A program made the position numbers and the translations under genes. A stretch of 64,000 bases of DNA, from the NCBI GenBank assembly GCA_050249835.1, contig JBFWPT010000003.1:91878-155877 (forward strand). Direction: 5' to 3'. The stretch comes from Thermoleophilia bacterium (GTDB lineage: Bacteria > Actinomycetota > Thermoleophilia > Miltoncostaeales > Miltoncostaeaceae). Under the pieces are notes generated by a model. That model saw only the letters and a program-made list of their open reading frames with translations, made no database searches and had not been told where the DNA came from. Below are positions 1 through 11,580 of the stretch, in pieces. Numbering within the stretch: the first letter of the stretch is position 1; each line of letters begins with the position of its first letter.

Positions 1-201
1 TCGCTCCTCGACCGGGCCCGGGACCTCCTTCCCTAGACAGAGCCAGGAGCGAAAGTCGGTCGCACGATCCGCCGGCTGCAAACCTTCGCGCTCCGGCGCC
101 CGCGTCGCCACCGAGGCCCTCCGGGCATCGGCGGTGGCCGCGGCCATCCGGATCACTCGGTTTTCGCGGCGGCTCGAACGACCTTTGTTCCGCCCCTGGC
201 T

Positions 202-810
202 CTAGGGCCGCATCCCGGGCGGGCCGCCGCGGAAGCGCTCGCCCCGCTCGGGGCGGGTGTCGTCCGCGATGTGCGCCGCCAGCGCGGCGGTGCGCGCGGC
301 CGGCACGCCCTCGGCCTTCAGGGCGGTGCGCAGGGTGGCGATGAGCTTCGCCCGGGTGACGCCCTCGGCCTTCGCGACCTGGGTGAGTGTCTTCCCGTCC
401 TGGAGTCGCTCCCGGATCTGCGCCTCGGTGATCCCGAGCAGGTCCGCCACCTCGTCCATCACCTGGCCGTGCGGGCCGTGGCCCGGACCTCCGGGCCCGC
501 CGAAGCCGAACCCGGCTCCGGGGATCCCGGGGCCGTCCTTCGCCCGCTCCAGCATCTCGTCGGCCCGCTCGCGGGTGAGCTTCCCGGCCGCGACGGCCTC
601 GTCCAGCCGCTGCGACAGCAGGTCGAGGTAGGCGCCCTCGACGTCGTCGGCCGTGATCTGGGTCCCGGCCCGCTCGTTGATGGCCGCGGCGAGGTCCTCG
701 GCGGTGTCGCCGCCGCCCCCGCTCGTCGCGGCGTAGGCACCGGCCGCCAGCCCTGCCGTCGCCACGGCGCCCGCCGCCAGCGCGGCGATGCCACGTCGTC
801 CTCGGATCAT
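202..810 (-). CDS. hypothetical secreted Ala/Gly-rich protein
   Basis: 202-aa ORF; ATG at 810 preceded by GGAGGGGG; signal-like IAALAAGAVATAGLAAGAYA; Gly-rich PGAGFGFGGPGGPG linker. Confidence 0.7.
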   Translation of the reverse strand: MIRGRRGIAALAAGAVATAGLAAGAYAATSGGGGDTAEDLAAAINERAGTQITADDVEGAYLDLLSQRLDEAVAAGKLTRERADEMLERAKDGPGIPGAGFGFGGPGGPGHGPHGQVMDEVADLLGITEAQIRERLQDGKTLTQVAKAEGVTRAKLIATLRTALKAEGVPAARTAALAAHIADDTRPERGERFRGGPPGMRP

Positions 811-998
811 CCCTGAAACCCCCTCCGGTCGCGTTCCTCGGGTAGTGCCACGGGACGCTAGGAGGCCGTCATGTGGGCCGGTTCGGCGGCGGATGGGAAT
901 CCGCTGTGAGTGCGGGGAGGAGTCCGCCCGCGGGCATCGAACACATGTTCTGTCGGGGCGGCGGGATAGGATCGCCGCCCATCGCCGGAGGAGGGACG

Positions 999-1295
999 AT
1001 GACGGACGAGACCCGCGGGACCACGGAGCGCCGGCTGCGCGCCGTGCACGATGCGCCGGTGCACGACCCGGCCGCGCTCGCGAACGCGGTCGAGGCCTGC
1101 GTGCTGGCGGTTCCGGGCGGGCTGCCGCGCCGGGCGCTGGGCAGGGCGGTGGCGGAGTGGCTGGGCGTGCCGGTGGAGGCCGTCCCCGCGGGGACGCTCA
1201 CCACGGCGCTCGGGCTGCTCATCGCGACGGGCCGCGTGGACGAGTCGGCGGGGCGCCTCGTGGGCGTTACGCAGGAGCGGCGCGAGGCCGGATGA
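999..1295 (+). CDS. hypothetical protein (98 aa)
   Basis: In-frame ATG at 999 inside track ORF 873..1295, preceded by GGAGGAGGG; G/C-rich third positions; no recognisable family. Confidence 0.55.
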   Translation: MTDETRGTTERRLRAVHDAPVHDPAALANAVEACVLAVPGGLPRRALGRAVAEWLGVPVEAVPAGTLTTALGLLIATGRVDESAGRLVGVTQERREAG

Positions 1296-1341
1296 CCCTT
1301 CGTCGCCCCCGCCGGGGGCGGGGCGCCGCCGGATAGCTACG

Positions 1342-3186
<1,845 letters not shown>

Positions 3187-3189
3187 GGG

Positions 3190-3753
3190 CTAGGAGCGCC
3201 CGACCCGGGTGCGCCTGCGCACGACCGGGATGGCCTCGGCCTTCCGCCGCCGCCTGGAGCGCATGGCCATGAAGGCGACGACCCCGACGAGGATCGCGGG
3301 GCCGCCGATGGCCTGGAGGATGTCGAGGCCCCCGAGGGATCCGTCGTCCGCGCCCGTCCCGGCGCGTGCGTCGCGGGCGTGGGCCGCCTCGGCGGAGGTG
3401 ATGTGGTCGTCGAGCGCGTCCGCGTCGATGCGCCCGGCCGCGTGGTCGGCGAGCGCCTGGGCGATCGCGGCGTCGGCGTCGAGGCGGGCCTCCACCGCGG
3501 GGCCGGCGGCCCCGCCGGCCGTGGCGCGGAGGGCGTCGGCCAGCGAGGCGAGCCGCGCCCGGGCGTCCGCCGCGGCGCGGCGCGCGTCCGGGGAGCCGGG
3601 CCCGGCGGCCGTGATGGCGTCCCGCGCGTCGGCGATCGCGTCGTCGCGCTGGGCGGCGTAGGCGCCGATCAGCTCCGCCGGGGTCGCCGCCGAGGCGACG
3701 GCGGGACCCAGCAGCGAGAGCGCGAGCGCGACGACGATGAGGATCCGGGCCAT
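3190..3753 (-). CDS. hypothetical Ala-rich protein with signal peptide and C-terminal TM anchor
   Basis: Start MARILIVVALALSLLGPAVASA (ATG 3753); C-terminal hydrophobic GGPAILVGVVAFMAM followed by RSRRRRK. Confidence 0.65.
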   Translation of the reverse strand: MARILIVVALALSLLGPAVASAATPAELIGAYAAQRDDAIADARDAITAAGPGSPDARRAAADARARLASLADALRATAGGAAGPAVEARLDADAAIAQALADHAAGRIDADALDDHITSAEAAHARDARAGTGADDGSLGGLDILQAIGGPAILVGVVAFMAMRSRRRRKAEAIPVVRRRTRVGRS

Positions 3754-3863
3754 CGCGCGCGCTATCGGCCCGCGCCCGCCCCGCCCTGAGCCCCGGGGCG
3801 GGTCCCCCGTTCCGGCCCGGCCCCCTGCGGGAACCGCCATGGGTGTCCGGAAGGAGGGCACCC

Positions 3864-4490
3864 ATGGCGACCACCCCCGCGCCCCTGCGCGCGCTCATCA
3901 TCAACTGCACCCTCAAGCCGTCGCCGCAGGAGTCGGCGACCGAGGCGCTGTCCGGCGTCGTCGCGGACGCCCTGCGCGGCCGCGGGGTGGAGGTCGACCG
4001 CGTCCGGGCCGTGGATCACGACATCCGGCCGGGGGTCACCTCGGACGAGGGCGACGGCGACGAGTGGCCCGCCATCCACCGGGGGATCCTGGCCGCCGAC
4101 ATCCTGGTGATCGCGACGCCCACCTGGATCGGCCAGCCGTCGAGCGTCGCCAAGCGGGTCATGGAGCGGATGGACGCCCTCATCTCCGAGACCGACGACG
4201 AGGGCCGGCCGGTCGCCTACAACCGGGTCGGCGGCGTCGTCGTGACGGGCAACGAGGACGGGGCGCACCACGTCATCGCCGAGATCGCCCAGGGTTTCGT
4301 GGACATCGGCTACACGGTCCCCGGGCAGGCCTGGACCTACTGGAACAAGGGCCCGGGGCCCGGCCCGAGCTACCTGGACACGGACGAGGGGCACGAGTGG
4401 TCGCACCGCACCGGGCGCACCGCCGCGGCCAACCTCGTGGCCGTCGCCACCGCGCTCCGCGGGGCCCCGATGGGCCCGCCCCCGCAATGA
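3864..4490 (+). CDS. flavodoxin-like NAD(P)H-dependent FMN reductase family protein
   Basis: ATG 3864 six nt after AAGGAGG; LRALIINCTLKPSP ... ADILVIATPTWIGQPSS pattern typical of NADPH-dependent FMN reductases. Confidence 0.8.
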   Translation: MATTPAPLRALIINCTLKPSPQESATEALSGVVADALRGRGVEVDRVRAVDHDIRPGVTSDEGDGDEWPAIHRGILAADILVIATPTWIGQPSSVAKRVMERMDALISETDDEGRPVAYNRVGGVVVTGNEDGAHHVIAEIAQGFVDIGYTVPGQAWTYWNKGPGPGPSYLDTDEGHEWSHRTGRTAAANLVAVATALRGAPMGPPPQ

Positions 4491-4688
4491 GCGGACACGT
4501 CGCACCCGGACCCCGTTTGGGCCGGCGGGGGAGGGGAACGAGGCTCCCGAGCGATGCGGCGGCGACACCAGGCGCCGCATCGCGGTGGGGCTCCCTGCGG
4601 GCCGCCGCGAGGCGGCCGGCGCCGTGCGAGGGGAGGCTGACCACGAGGGGCCGGGCCGCGGGTGGCCCGGCCCCTCACGCGTCAGCGG

Positions 4689-5162
4689 TCAGCGCGGCTT
4701 GAGGTCGTGCTCGGGGCGGCTGGGGCTGCCCGGGCCGCGCGGGCCCTTCCCGGTCCGCTGCTCCACGCGGCGCTCGATGCGCCCGTCCTCGCGGGCGAGC
4801 GTCAGCAGCGCGAAGAGCATCGCCCCGACGATCGCCGCGGCGACGCCCAGGCCGATCATGTAGCCGACCGTCCCGGCGGCCGTGTCGGTCTCGACCGGCC
4901 CCGGCGTGAAGCTCAGGATCAGCGCCGCCACGGCGCCGATGACGAACCCGACGGCCGCGCCGATCGCGAGCACGCCCCAGAGGGTGCGCTGCACGCCGCG
5001 GCGGGTGCTCGGGTCGGGCGAGCCGCCGTACTCGGCCCCGGCGGCCTCCTCGTCGCCGGCGACGCGCGCGATCGTCTCCTCGCGCGTCTCGACGTCGGGG
5101 ATCGCCGGGAGGTCCTGCTGGACGCTGTGGACGGACGTGCCGTCCTCGTTCCTGTCGGGCAT
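4689..5162 (-). CDS. hypothetical membrane protein
   Basis: 157-aa ORF with two hydrophobic helices (LWGVLAIGAAVGFVIGAVAALIL; VGYMIGLGVAAAIVGAMLFALL). Confidence 0.7.
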   Translation of the reverse strand: MPDRNEDGTSVHSVQQDLPAIPDVETREETIARVAGDEEAAGAEYGGSPDPSTRRGVQRTLWGVLAIGAAVGFVIGAVAALILSFTPGPVETDTAAGTVGYMIGLGVAAAIVGAMLFALLTLAREDGRIERRVEQRTGKGPRGPGSPSRPEHDLKPR

Positions 5163-5377
5163 CTCGCGCCTCCCATCCGTGATGAGGGTCGGCTACCCGG
5201 GCCCCGGAGGCCGCAAACTGCGGATGCCCGGTGGTTTCGCACGGAGCGCCGCGGGGAATCGGGCGCGCATGTGCGGCGGCGCGGACGGGCGCCGTCGTTC
5301 AGGGGAGGGGCGGGACAGCACGGAGGCCGGCCGCCGGGTACGCACCCCCTTGGGTGCCCGGCGGCCGTCCCGTACGG

Positions 5378-5863
5378 CTACTCGCCCCCCGGGCAGGTCG
5401 CGACCCCCTCCTCGGCGCCGGGCAGGCGGCCGAGCAGGTCGATGAGCGTCGCCACCTCGTCCCCGGAGAAGAGGCCCGCGAACACCGCGTCGAGCCCCGC
5501 GAGGTGAGTGTCGAGGGCCGTCGCGAGCAGGGCCGTGCCCTCCGGGGTGATCTTGGCGTAGGTGACGCGCGCGTCGGACGAGCAGTGCTCCTTGCGCACC
5601 AGCCCGGCTGACTCGAGCCCGTCCAGGAGCCGCGTGACCCCCGACGGCGTGAGCCCCACCGCCGTGGCGATGTCGACGCGCCGCATGAGGCCGCCCTCGG
5701 CCGTCCCCAGGCGCCGCAGCACCTCGAAGTCCGTGACGGTGATGCCGCAGCGGGCCTGGAGCTCGGCGTTGAACGCCCGCGTCATGGCCGAGTGCGCGCC
5801 CATCAGGCGCGCCCACGCGCCGATCGCCGCATGAGCTTGTGGACTCAACACTTGACTACTCAA
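5378..5863 (-). CDS. MarR family transcriptional regulator
   Basis: Winged-helix core ITVTDFEVLRRLGTAEGGLMRRVDIATAVGLTPSGVTRLLDGLESAGLVRK; start (TTG 5863 / GTG 5851) uncertain; divergent from yceI-like gene. Confidence 0.85.
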   Translation of the reverse strand: MSSQVLSPQAHAAIGAWARLMGAHSAMTRAFNAELQARCGITVTDFEVLRRLGTAEGGLMRRVDIATAVGLTPSGVTRLLDGLESAGLVRKEHCSSDARVTYAKITPEGTALLATALDTHLAGLDAVFAGLFSGDEVATLIDLLGRLPGAEEGVATCPGGE

Positions 5864-5926
5864 GGGACACCCGCTAGCGTTGTTTGCGCAGTCAATGATA
5901 GCCGATCACACGGGAGCCGACACGAC

Positions 5927-6481
5927 ATGAGCACCACCGCACAGCAGGCCACCACCGCGGTCCCGGTCGGGACCTGGCAGAGCGACCCCATCCACTCCTC
6001 TTTCGGCTTCTCGGTCAAGCACATGGTCGTCGCGACCTTCCGCGGCACGCTCGACGACTTCGACGCCACCCTGACCGGCGCCGAGGACGGCACGTCCGAG
6101 CTGCGGGCCACCGGGCGCGTGGCGAGCGTCGAGACGCAGGACGAGAACCTCACCGGCCACCTCCAGTCGCCGGACTTCTTCGACGCCCAGCGGTTCCCCG
6201 AGGTGTCGTACGCCGCCACGGACATCGTCCGCGACGGCGAGGCGGTCACCGTCCGCGGCGAGCTGACCCTGAAGGGCGTCACCCGCGCCGTGGAGCTCAC
6301 CGGCACCCTCGCCGGCCCCATCACGGGCCTCGACGGGGTCGAGATGCTCGCTGTCGAGCTCCAGACCGTCATCGACCGGCGCGACTACGGCCTCAACTGG
6401 AACGCGCCGCTCCCCACCGGCGGCCTCGCCGTGGGGTACGACGTCACCCTCACCGCCCACCTCGAGCTGAAGAAGGCCTGA
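5927..6481 (+). CDS. YceI family protein
   Basis: ATG 5927; WQSDPIHSSFGFSVKHMVVATFRGTL ... ELTLKGVTRAVEL ... IDRRDYGLNWN are YceI-like lipid/polyisoprenoid-binding motifs. Confidence 0.9.
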   Translation: MSTTAQQATTAVPVGTWQSDPIHSSFGFSVKHMVVATFRGTLDDFDATLTGAEDGTSELRATGRVASVETQDENLTGHLQSPDFFDAQRFPEVSYAATDIVRDGEAVTVRGELTLKGVTRAVELTGTLAGPITGLDGVEMLAVELQTVIDRRDYGLNWNAPLPTGGLAVGYDVTLTAHLELKKA

Positions 6482-6484
6482 ACC

Positions 6485-7042
6485 ATGACGATCCTCGGCA
6501 TCTCGGGGAGCCTGCGCAGCGACTCCCACAACAGCGCGCTCCTGCGGGCGGCGGCGACCGAGCTCCCGGACGGCGTCGAGCTGCGGATCTTCGACGGCCT
6601 GAGGGAGATCCCGGCCTACGACCAGGACGACGACCACGACGCGCCCCCCGCCGCCGTCACGCGGCTGCGGGAGGAGCTCGCCGCGGCGGACGGCCTGCTC
6701 GTGGCGACGCCGGAGTACAACTCCTCCGTCCCGGGGGCCCTGAAGAACGCCCTCGACTGGGCCTCGCGCCCCCGCGACGCGAGCCCGCTGCGCTTCCTGC
6801 CGTCCGCGGTCGTGGGCGCCAGCACCGGGGCCTTCGGTGCGGTGTGGGCCCAGGCCGAGCTCCGCAAGGTGCTCGCGGCCTCGGGCGCCCGGGTGGTCGA
6901 GGGCGACCTCGCCGTCGGCCACGCCCACCAGAAGCTGGGCGAGGACGGGGCCCTGGACCCGGAGCTGCGCGAGCAGCTCCGGGAGCTCCTGGGCCAGCTC
7001 GTGGCGGAGATCCTGCCCGTCCAGGCGGCCGTCTCCGCCTAG
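6485..7042 (+). CDS. NAD(P)H-dependent FMN reductase family oxidoreductase
   Basis: MTILGISGSLRSDSHNSALLRAA ... LLVATPEYNSSVPGALKNALDWASRP, classic FMN_red signature. Confidence 0.9.
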   Translation: MTILGISGSLRSDSHNSALLRAAATELPDGVELRIFDGLREIPAYDQDDDHDAPPAAVTRLREELAAADGLLVATPEYNSSVPGALKNALDWASRPRDASPLRFLPSAVVGASTGAFGAVWAQAELRKVLAASGARVVEGDLAVGHAHQKLGEDGALDPELREQLRELLGQLVAEILPVQAAVSA

Positions 7043-7054
7043 GAGCGAGCCTCG

Positions 7055-8281
7055 CTAGCCGCAGGTGGAGGTGGGCGCGGCCCCGGTGGCGGCCGGGCGC
7101 GTCCCGAGGGTGACCTCCACCTGCCGCTCCCGCCCGTCCGGGCCCGACACGGTGAGCTCCACCGTGTCGCCCGGGCGGTGGGAGTCCACCGCCTCCTGTA
7201 GGTCGGTGCCGTCCTCGACGGGCGTGTCGCCGAGCGCGGTCACCACGTCGCCGCCCACGCACACCTGGGCGCCGCCGTCCGTGGCCGTCGTGTCGCCGCC
7301 CTCCAGCCCGGCCCGCGCCGCCGGCCCGTCCGCGGACACGCCCGTGATGAGGGCGCCGCTGCCGGCCCCCACGCCTTCCGTGCCCGCGAGGCCGGCGTCC
7401 ACGTCGGCCGTGGAGACGCCGAGCCAGGCGTGGTCCACCTCCCCGTCGGCGAGGATCTCCTCGATCACCGTCCTCGCCGTGTCCACGGGCACCGCGAAGG
7501 CCACGCCGACGTTCGCGTCCACGCCGGAGTCGGCGATCTGGGCCGGGATGCCCACGAGGTTCCCCTCGGCGTCGAGCAGCGCGCCGCCCGAGTTGCCGTG
7601 GTTGACCGCCGCGTCCGTCTGGATGGCGCCGGTGATCGTGAAGCCGTTCGGGGCCTGCATGGTGCGGTCGAGGCCCGAGACGATCCCGGCGCTCGCGCTC
7701 GCCTGGTACCCGAACGGGTCGCCGACCGCGAGGACGGGGTCGCCCACCTCGAGCGCCGACGAGTCCCCGAGCGGCACGGGCTGCAGGGAGTCCGCGTCCG
7801 CGTCGATGTGCAGCACCGCCAGGTCGGTCGACGCGTCGGCGCCGACGACCGTCGCCTCGTGCGACGTCCCGTCGGCGAGCTCCACCCGGACCGCCGTGGC
7901 GCCGTCCACGACGTGCGCGTTGGTGAGGATGTGCCCCTCCGCGTCGATGACGACGCCGGACCCGGTCGCCGTGCCCTCGCCGCCGCCCGGCGCGCCCGGC
8001 ATGCCGCCGGACGACGCGATCGTGGCCGTGATCGAGGCCATCCCGCCACGCCGGCGCGCGTAGACCTCGCTGAAGTCCACGGCCGTCGCGCCGCCGCCGG
8101 TGACCGCGACCGGGGTGGTCGCGATGACCGGCGCGGCCGCCACGGCGGCCGGCGCGGGATCGGCTCGGAGGTCGACCGCGGCGACGGTGCCGCCGCCGAT
8201 CACGGCGGCCGAGAGCGCGATGGCGGCGGTGCGGGCGGGCGCGCCGCTCAGGGCGCGTCGGAGGGATCGGGCACTCGGCAT
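7055..8281 (-). CDS. HtrA/DegP-like trypsin-family serine protease with PDZ domain
   Basis: Catalytic triad context TNAHVV, DLAVL, GNSGGAL; C-terminal PDZ-like region; start taken at MPSARSL (8281). Confidence 0.92.
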   Translation of the reverse strand: MPSARSLRRALSGAPARTAAIALSAAVIGGGTVAAVDLRADPAPAAVAAAPVIATTPVAVTGGGATAVDFSEVYARRRGGMASITATIASSGGMPGAPGGGEGTATGSGVVIDAEGHILTNAHVVDGATAVRVELADGTSHEATVVGADASTDLAVLHIDADADSLQPVPLGDSSALEVGDPVLAVGDPFGYQASASAGIVSGLDRTMQAPNGFTITGAIQTDAAVNHGNSGGALLDAEGNLVGIPAQIADSGVDANVGVAFAVPVDTARTVIEEILADGEVDHAWLGVSTADVDAGLAGTEGVGAGSGALITGVSADGPAARAGLEGGDTTATDGGAQVCVGGDVVTALGDTPVEDGTDLQEAVDSHRPGDTVELTVSGPDGRERQVEVTLGTRPAATGAAPTSTCG

Positions 8282-8405
8282 GGGGCGTCTCCGGGGGTCG
8301 GGTCCGTCGTCGCGTCCCATGCAAGGGCGCCCACCTCAGAGGGGCCTGTGGACCCCGTGAAGGCCGCGTGAGCGTTCGGGGAAGGCCCGGTTGCCCCGCC
8401 CGCGG

Positions 8406-9308
8406 TCAGGCCCGGCGGCGCTCCGCGAGCGCGGCGGCCCGCTCCCCGATGCCCGGGGCGTCGAGCGCCGCGCACGTGTCGGCGAAGTCGTCCCGGGGGC
8501 CGGTCCACCGCAGGGCCTCCATCCCGTCCTCCGCGACCCCCGCGACGTCGTCGCGCAGGGTCGCGAGCACCCGGAAGAGCTCGGCGGCGTCCCGGGATCC
8601 GGCCAGCGTCTCCGCCAGGCGGGCGGCGCCGCGCACCGTCACGTCCCAGGCCCCCGGGTCGTCCGGGATCGCGTCGATGCGCCCGTACCGCGCGAGGACC
8701 GTCGCCGCGCTCTTCGCGCCCCAGCCCGGCAGCCCGGGGAAGCCGTCGGCGCTGTCGCCGACGAGGGCGAGGTAGTCCGGGATGGAGGCCGGCGCGACGC
8801 CGAACCTCTCCCACACGCCTGCCTCGTCGCGGAACGTCCCGTGGCGGCGGTCGTGCTGGATCACCCGCTCGCCGGTGACGCACTGGGCGAGGTCCTTGTC
8901 CGGCGTGCAGATCACGACCCGCTCCACCGCCGGGTCGGCCGCCAGGCGCGCCGCCGCGGTGGCGAGCGCGTCGTCCGCCTCCACCTCGACCATCCCCCAC
9001 ACGGTCACGCCCAGCGACTCCAGCGCCCGCTCCACGAGGGGGAACTGGTCCTTCAGGGCGGGCTCGATGCCGGCGCCCGTCTTGTATCCCGGCCAGAGGT
9101 CGTTGCGGAACGACTCGATGACCGTGTCCGTCGCCACGCCCACGTGGGTCGCGCCCTGCTCCAGCAGGTCGAGCACGGAGCCCACGACCCCGCGGGTCGC
9201 CGCGCGCGGGGAGCTCGCCGCCACCTCGGACGGGAGGCCCATGTGGTGCCGGAACAGCTCGTAGGTGCCGTCGATCAGGTGGGCCTGCACCCGGGCATCA
9301 TCCCTCAT
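8406..9308 (-). CDS. 5'-3' exonuclease (FEN / Pol I N-terminal domain-like)
   Basis: LIDGTYELFRH..., EADDALAT, PDKDLAQC, LVGDSADGFPGLPGWGAKSAATVL (H3TH motif). Confidence 0.9.
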   Translation of the reverse strand: MRDDARVQAHLIDGTYELFRHHMGLPSEVAASSPRAATRGVVGSVLDLLEQGATHVGVATDTVIESFRNDLWPGYKTGAGIEPALKDQFPLVERALESLGVTVWGMVEVEADDALATAAARLAADPAVERVVICTPDKDLAQCVTGERVIQHDRRHGTFRDEAGVWERFGVAPASIPDYLALVGDSADGFPGLPGWGAKSAATVLARYGRIDAIPDDPGAWDVTVRGAARLAETLAGSRDAAELFRVLATLRDDVAGVAEDGMEALRWTGPRDDFADTCAALDAPGIGERAAALAERRRA

Positions 9309-9384
9309 GGGGATTCTGTGACGCCGGACGACCGCGGGGGACGGTACATTCGCCCGACCACGGGGAGCGAGAGGGGATGGCGAC

Positions 9385-10176
9385 GTGCGTCAGGGTGACC
9401 GGGCGGTGGACGTGACGCGCGACGGCCCGGTGTCCACCGTGGTCCTCGACCGGCCGGAGCGCCGCAACCCCCTCTCGCTCGGCACGATGACCGAGCTGCG
9501 GGAGGCCCTGGAGGCCGAGGGCGCCGACCCCTCCGTCCGGGCCGTCGTCCTGGGCGCGCGCGGGCCGGTCTTCTCCGCCGGGCACGACCTGCGGGAGCTG
9601 CGGGACGCCGGGCCGGACGAGACGGCCGCCGTCTTCGACGCCTGCGCCGCGCTGATGCTGAGCGTCCACCGCCTGCCCGTGCCGGTGATCGCGCGGGTCG
9701 GCGGCCTCGCCACGGCGGCGGGCTGCCAGCTCGTCGCCGCCTGCGACCTCGCGGTGGCTTCCGAGGGCGCGCGGTTCGCCACGCCGGGGGTGAGGATCGG
9801 CCTGTTCTGCACCACGCCGAGCGTCGAGGTGATCCGCGCCGTGGGGCGCACCCGGGCGATGGAGATGCTCCTGACGGGCGAGCCGGTGGACGCGCCGACG
9901 GCGCTCGCCTGGGGCCTCGTGAACCGGGTGGTGCCGGAGGAGGACCTCGACGCGGCCGCCGCGGGCATGGCGGGCCGCCTGACGGCCTCGAGCCGGGCCA
10001 CGATCGCCTCCGGCAAGCGGGCGGTCGCCGACACCGTGGACCTCCCCCTGGACGAGGCCTACCGGGTCGCCTCGGCGGCGATGTGCGACGGTGCCGCGTC
10101 GCCCTCGGCGCGGGAGGGGATCGACGCCTTCCTGGAGAAGCGGGCGCCCGCCTGGCCCGACGGGGACGCCCCGTGA
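9385..10176 (+). CDS. enoyl-CoA hydratase/isomerase family protein
   Basis: VVLDRPERRNPLS, VFSAGHDLREL, GLATAAGCQLVAACDLAVAS crotonase-fold motifs. Confidence 0.9.
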   Translation: MRQGDRAVDVTRDGPVSTVVLDRPERRNPLSLGTMTELREALEAEGADPSVRAVVLGARGPVFSAGHDLRELRDAGPDETAAVFDACAALMLSVHRLPVPVIARVGGLATAAGCQLVAACDLAVASEGARFATPGVRIGLFCTTPSVEVIRAVGRTRAMEMLLTGEPVDAPTALAWGLVNRVVPEEDLDAAAAGMAGRLTASSRATIASGKRAVADTVDLPLDEAYRVASAAMCDGAASPSAREGIDAFLEKRAPAWPDGDAP

Positions 10177-10835
10177 CGGCCGGCCGCACCCCCGAGGCCG
10201 GGTTCGGCGCGCTGCGCCAGGACCTGGGCGAGCTCGCCGCCCTCGTGCTGGCCCAGGTCGAGCGCGCCGTGGCCGGCTGGGACGAGTCCGACGCCTCCGT
10301 CGCGGCGGTCGTGGAGGCCGCCGACGCCGAGATCGACACGCGCAGCACCGAGATCGAGCAGAGGATCCTCGACCTGCACCGCACCTGGACCGCGTTCGCG
10401 GGGGACCTGCGCCTGCTGCACGTCGGCCTCATCGGCGCGGTCGCCCTGGAGAGGGTGGGGAACCTGGCCGTGCAGATCGCCCGGCTCGCCGGATCGGTGC
10501 CGCCGCCCGAGCCGGCGCTCGACCCGGTGCGGTCGCTCATCCGGCGCATGGGCGACCGCGCGGTCGACGCCCTCGCCGACGCCGTGCGCGCCATCGCCAA
10601 GGGCGACCTGGAGGCCGGCGAGCGCGCCGTGCGGGACGCGCGGGGGGTGAGCCCGATGCTTGACGAGGTCCTGCGCCAGGTGACGGCGGTGGCCACCGGG
10701 GCGGGGATGCGCTCGTGGTCGGCGGCCGCGGTGCTCGTCGCGCGCCACCTGGAGCGCGTGGCCAACAACGCCGCCGAGCTCGGGGCTCGCGTGCGGTTCC
10801 TGGTCACCGGCGAGACCGTCGCCGCCGAGGAGTGA
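10173..10835 (+). CDS. PhoU-domain protein
   Basis: GTG 10173 overlaps upstream TGA (GTGA); two helical repeats with AVALERVGNLAVQIA and VARHLERVANNAAELG resembling PhoU repeats. Confidence 0.75.
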   Translation: MTAGRTPEAGFGALRQDLGELAALVLAQVERAVAGWDESDASVAAVVEAADAEIDTRSTEIEQRILDLHRTWTAFAGDLRLLHVGLIGAVALERVGNLAVQIARLAGSVPPPEPALDPVRSLIRRMGDRAVDALADAVRAIAKGDLEAGERAVRDARGVSPMLDEVLRQVTAVATGAGMRSWSAAAVLVARHLERVANNAAELGARVRFLVTGETVAAEE

Positions 10836-11494
10836 CCGGCGGCCCGCTGCTCATCGCGCATCGCGCCGGCAACGCCCCGGGTGACGTGGCGCCGGCGGTC
10901 CGCGCGGGGGCGGACCTGGTGGAGGTCGACGTCCACCTGCGCCGCGGGGTGCTCGAGGTGCGCCACCCCCGCCGGCTCGGCCCCGTCACCTGGGAGCGCG
11001 CGGGCATCCGGCGGGCGCCGGCGCGGCCCGTGCGGCTGGAGGACGTCCTCGCGCGGCTGCCCGCGGGCGCCGGGGCCATGCTGGACCTCAAGCAGGGCCC
11101 GGCGGACCTCCCCCGCGCCGCCCTCGCGGCGTGGCGCGCGCGCGGCGGCGGCCCCGTCACCGTCTCCTCGCGGCGGTGGTCCCTGGTCGACGCGATCGCC
11201 GGGGAGGAGGACGTGCGGCCGGTCCACTCGGCCGCCGGCCGCCGCGAGCTGGAGCGCCTGCTGCGCCGCCCTGTGGCGCCCCGGACGGTCTGCGCGCGGC
11301 GCGACCTGCTCGACGCCGGCGCCGTCGCGCGCATCCTCGGGGTCGCGGAGCGCCTGTTCACGTGGCCGGTGGACGACCCGGCCGACGCGGCCCTGCTCGC
11401 CGGGTGGGGGGTCGGCGGGCTCATCTGCGACGACCTCGGCCTCGTGGCCCGGCTGGCCGGGGGACAGCCGGATCCATCCCCCGGGGACGATTGA
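10832..11494 (+). CDS. glycerophosphodiester phosphodiesterase family protein
   Basis: GTG 10832 overlaps phoU-like TGA; LLIAHRAGN ... ADLVEVDVHL ... TWPVDD motifs of GDPD fold. Confidence 0.8.
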   Translation: MTGGPLLIAHRAGNAPGDVAPAVRAGADLVEVDVHLRRGVLEVRHPRRLGPVTWERAGIRRAPARPVRLEDVLARLPAGAGAMLDLKQGPADLPRAALAAWRARGGGPVTVSSRRWSLVDAIAGEEDVRPVHSAAGRRELERLLRRPVAPRTVCARRDLLDAGAVARILGVAERLFTWPVDDPADAALLAGWGVGGLICDDLGLVARLAGGQPDPSPGDD

Positions 11495-11580
11495 CCGAAC
11501 ATACGGGCGCCGGTACCCCTTACGGACTAAGGGACGGATGGGGTACCCTGTCCGGCGTCGGTAAAGCAAAGGAGACGGCC

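Noticed and set aside
37-201. 165-bp non-coding stretch at the left edge as a possible small RNA
   Set aside because: I found no recognisable Rfam-type motif or strong hairpin by eye, and the region is too close to the window edge to interpret.
1051-1341. 97-codon N-terminal extension of typA in the track ORF
   Set aside because: The extension is Arg/Trp/Cys-rich nonsense that overlaps the 999..1295 ORF. Conserved TypA begins at [25 protein letters not shown] (ATG 1342).
3190-3300. C-terminal AIGGPAILVGVVAFMAMRSRRRRK tail as a GlyGly-CTERM/sortase-type sorting signal
   Set aside because: There is no LPXTG-like motif, about 20 further residues follow the basic cluster, and rhombosortase systems are not expected here. 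A plain C-terminal TM anchor is simpler.
6657-8324. 555-aa ORF on the minus strand (also 7065..8063 and 7430..8371 on plus)
   Set aside because: Arg/Gly/Pro-rich low-complexity translation in alternative frames of the HtrA-like gene. This is typical shadow-ORF behaviour in >70% GC DNA, with no motifs.
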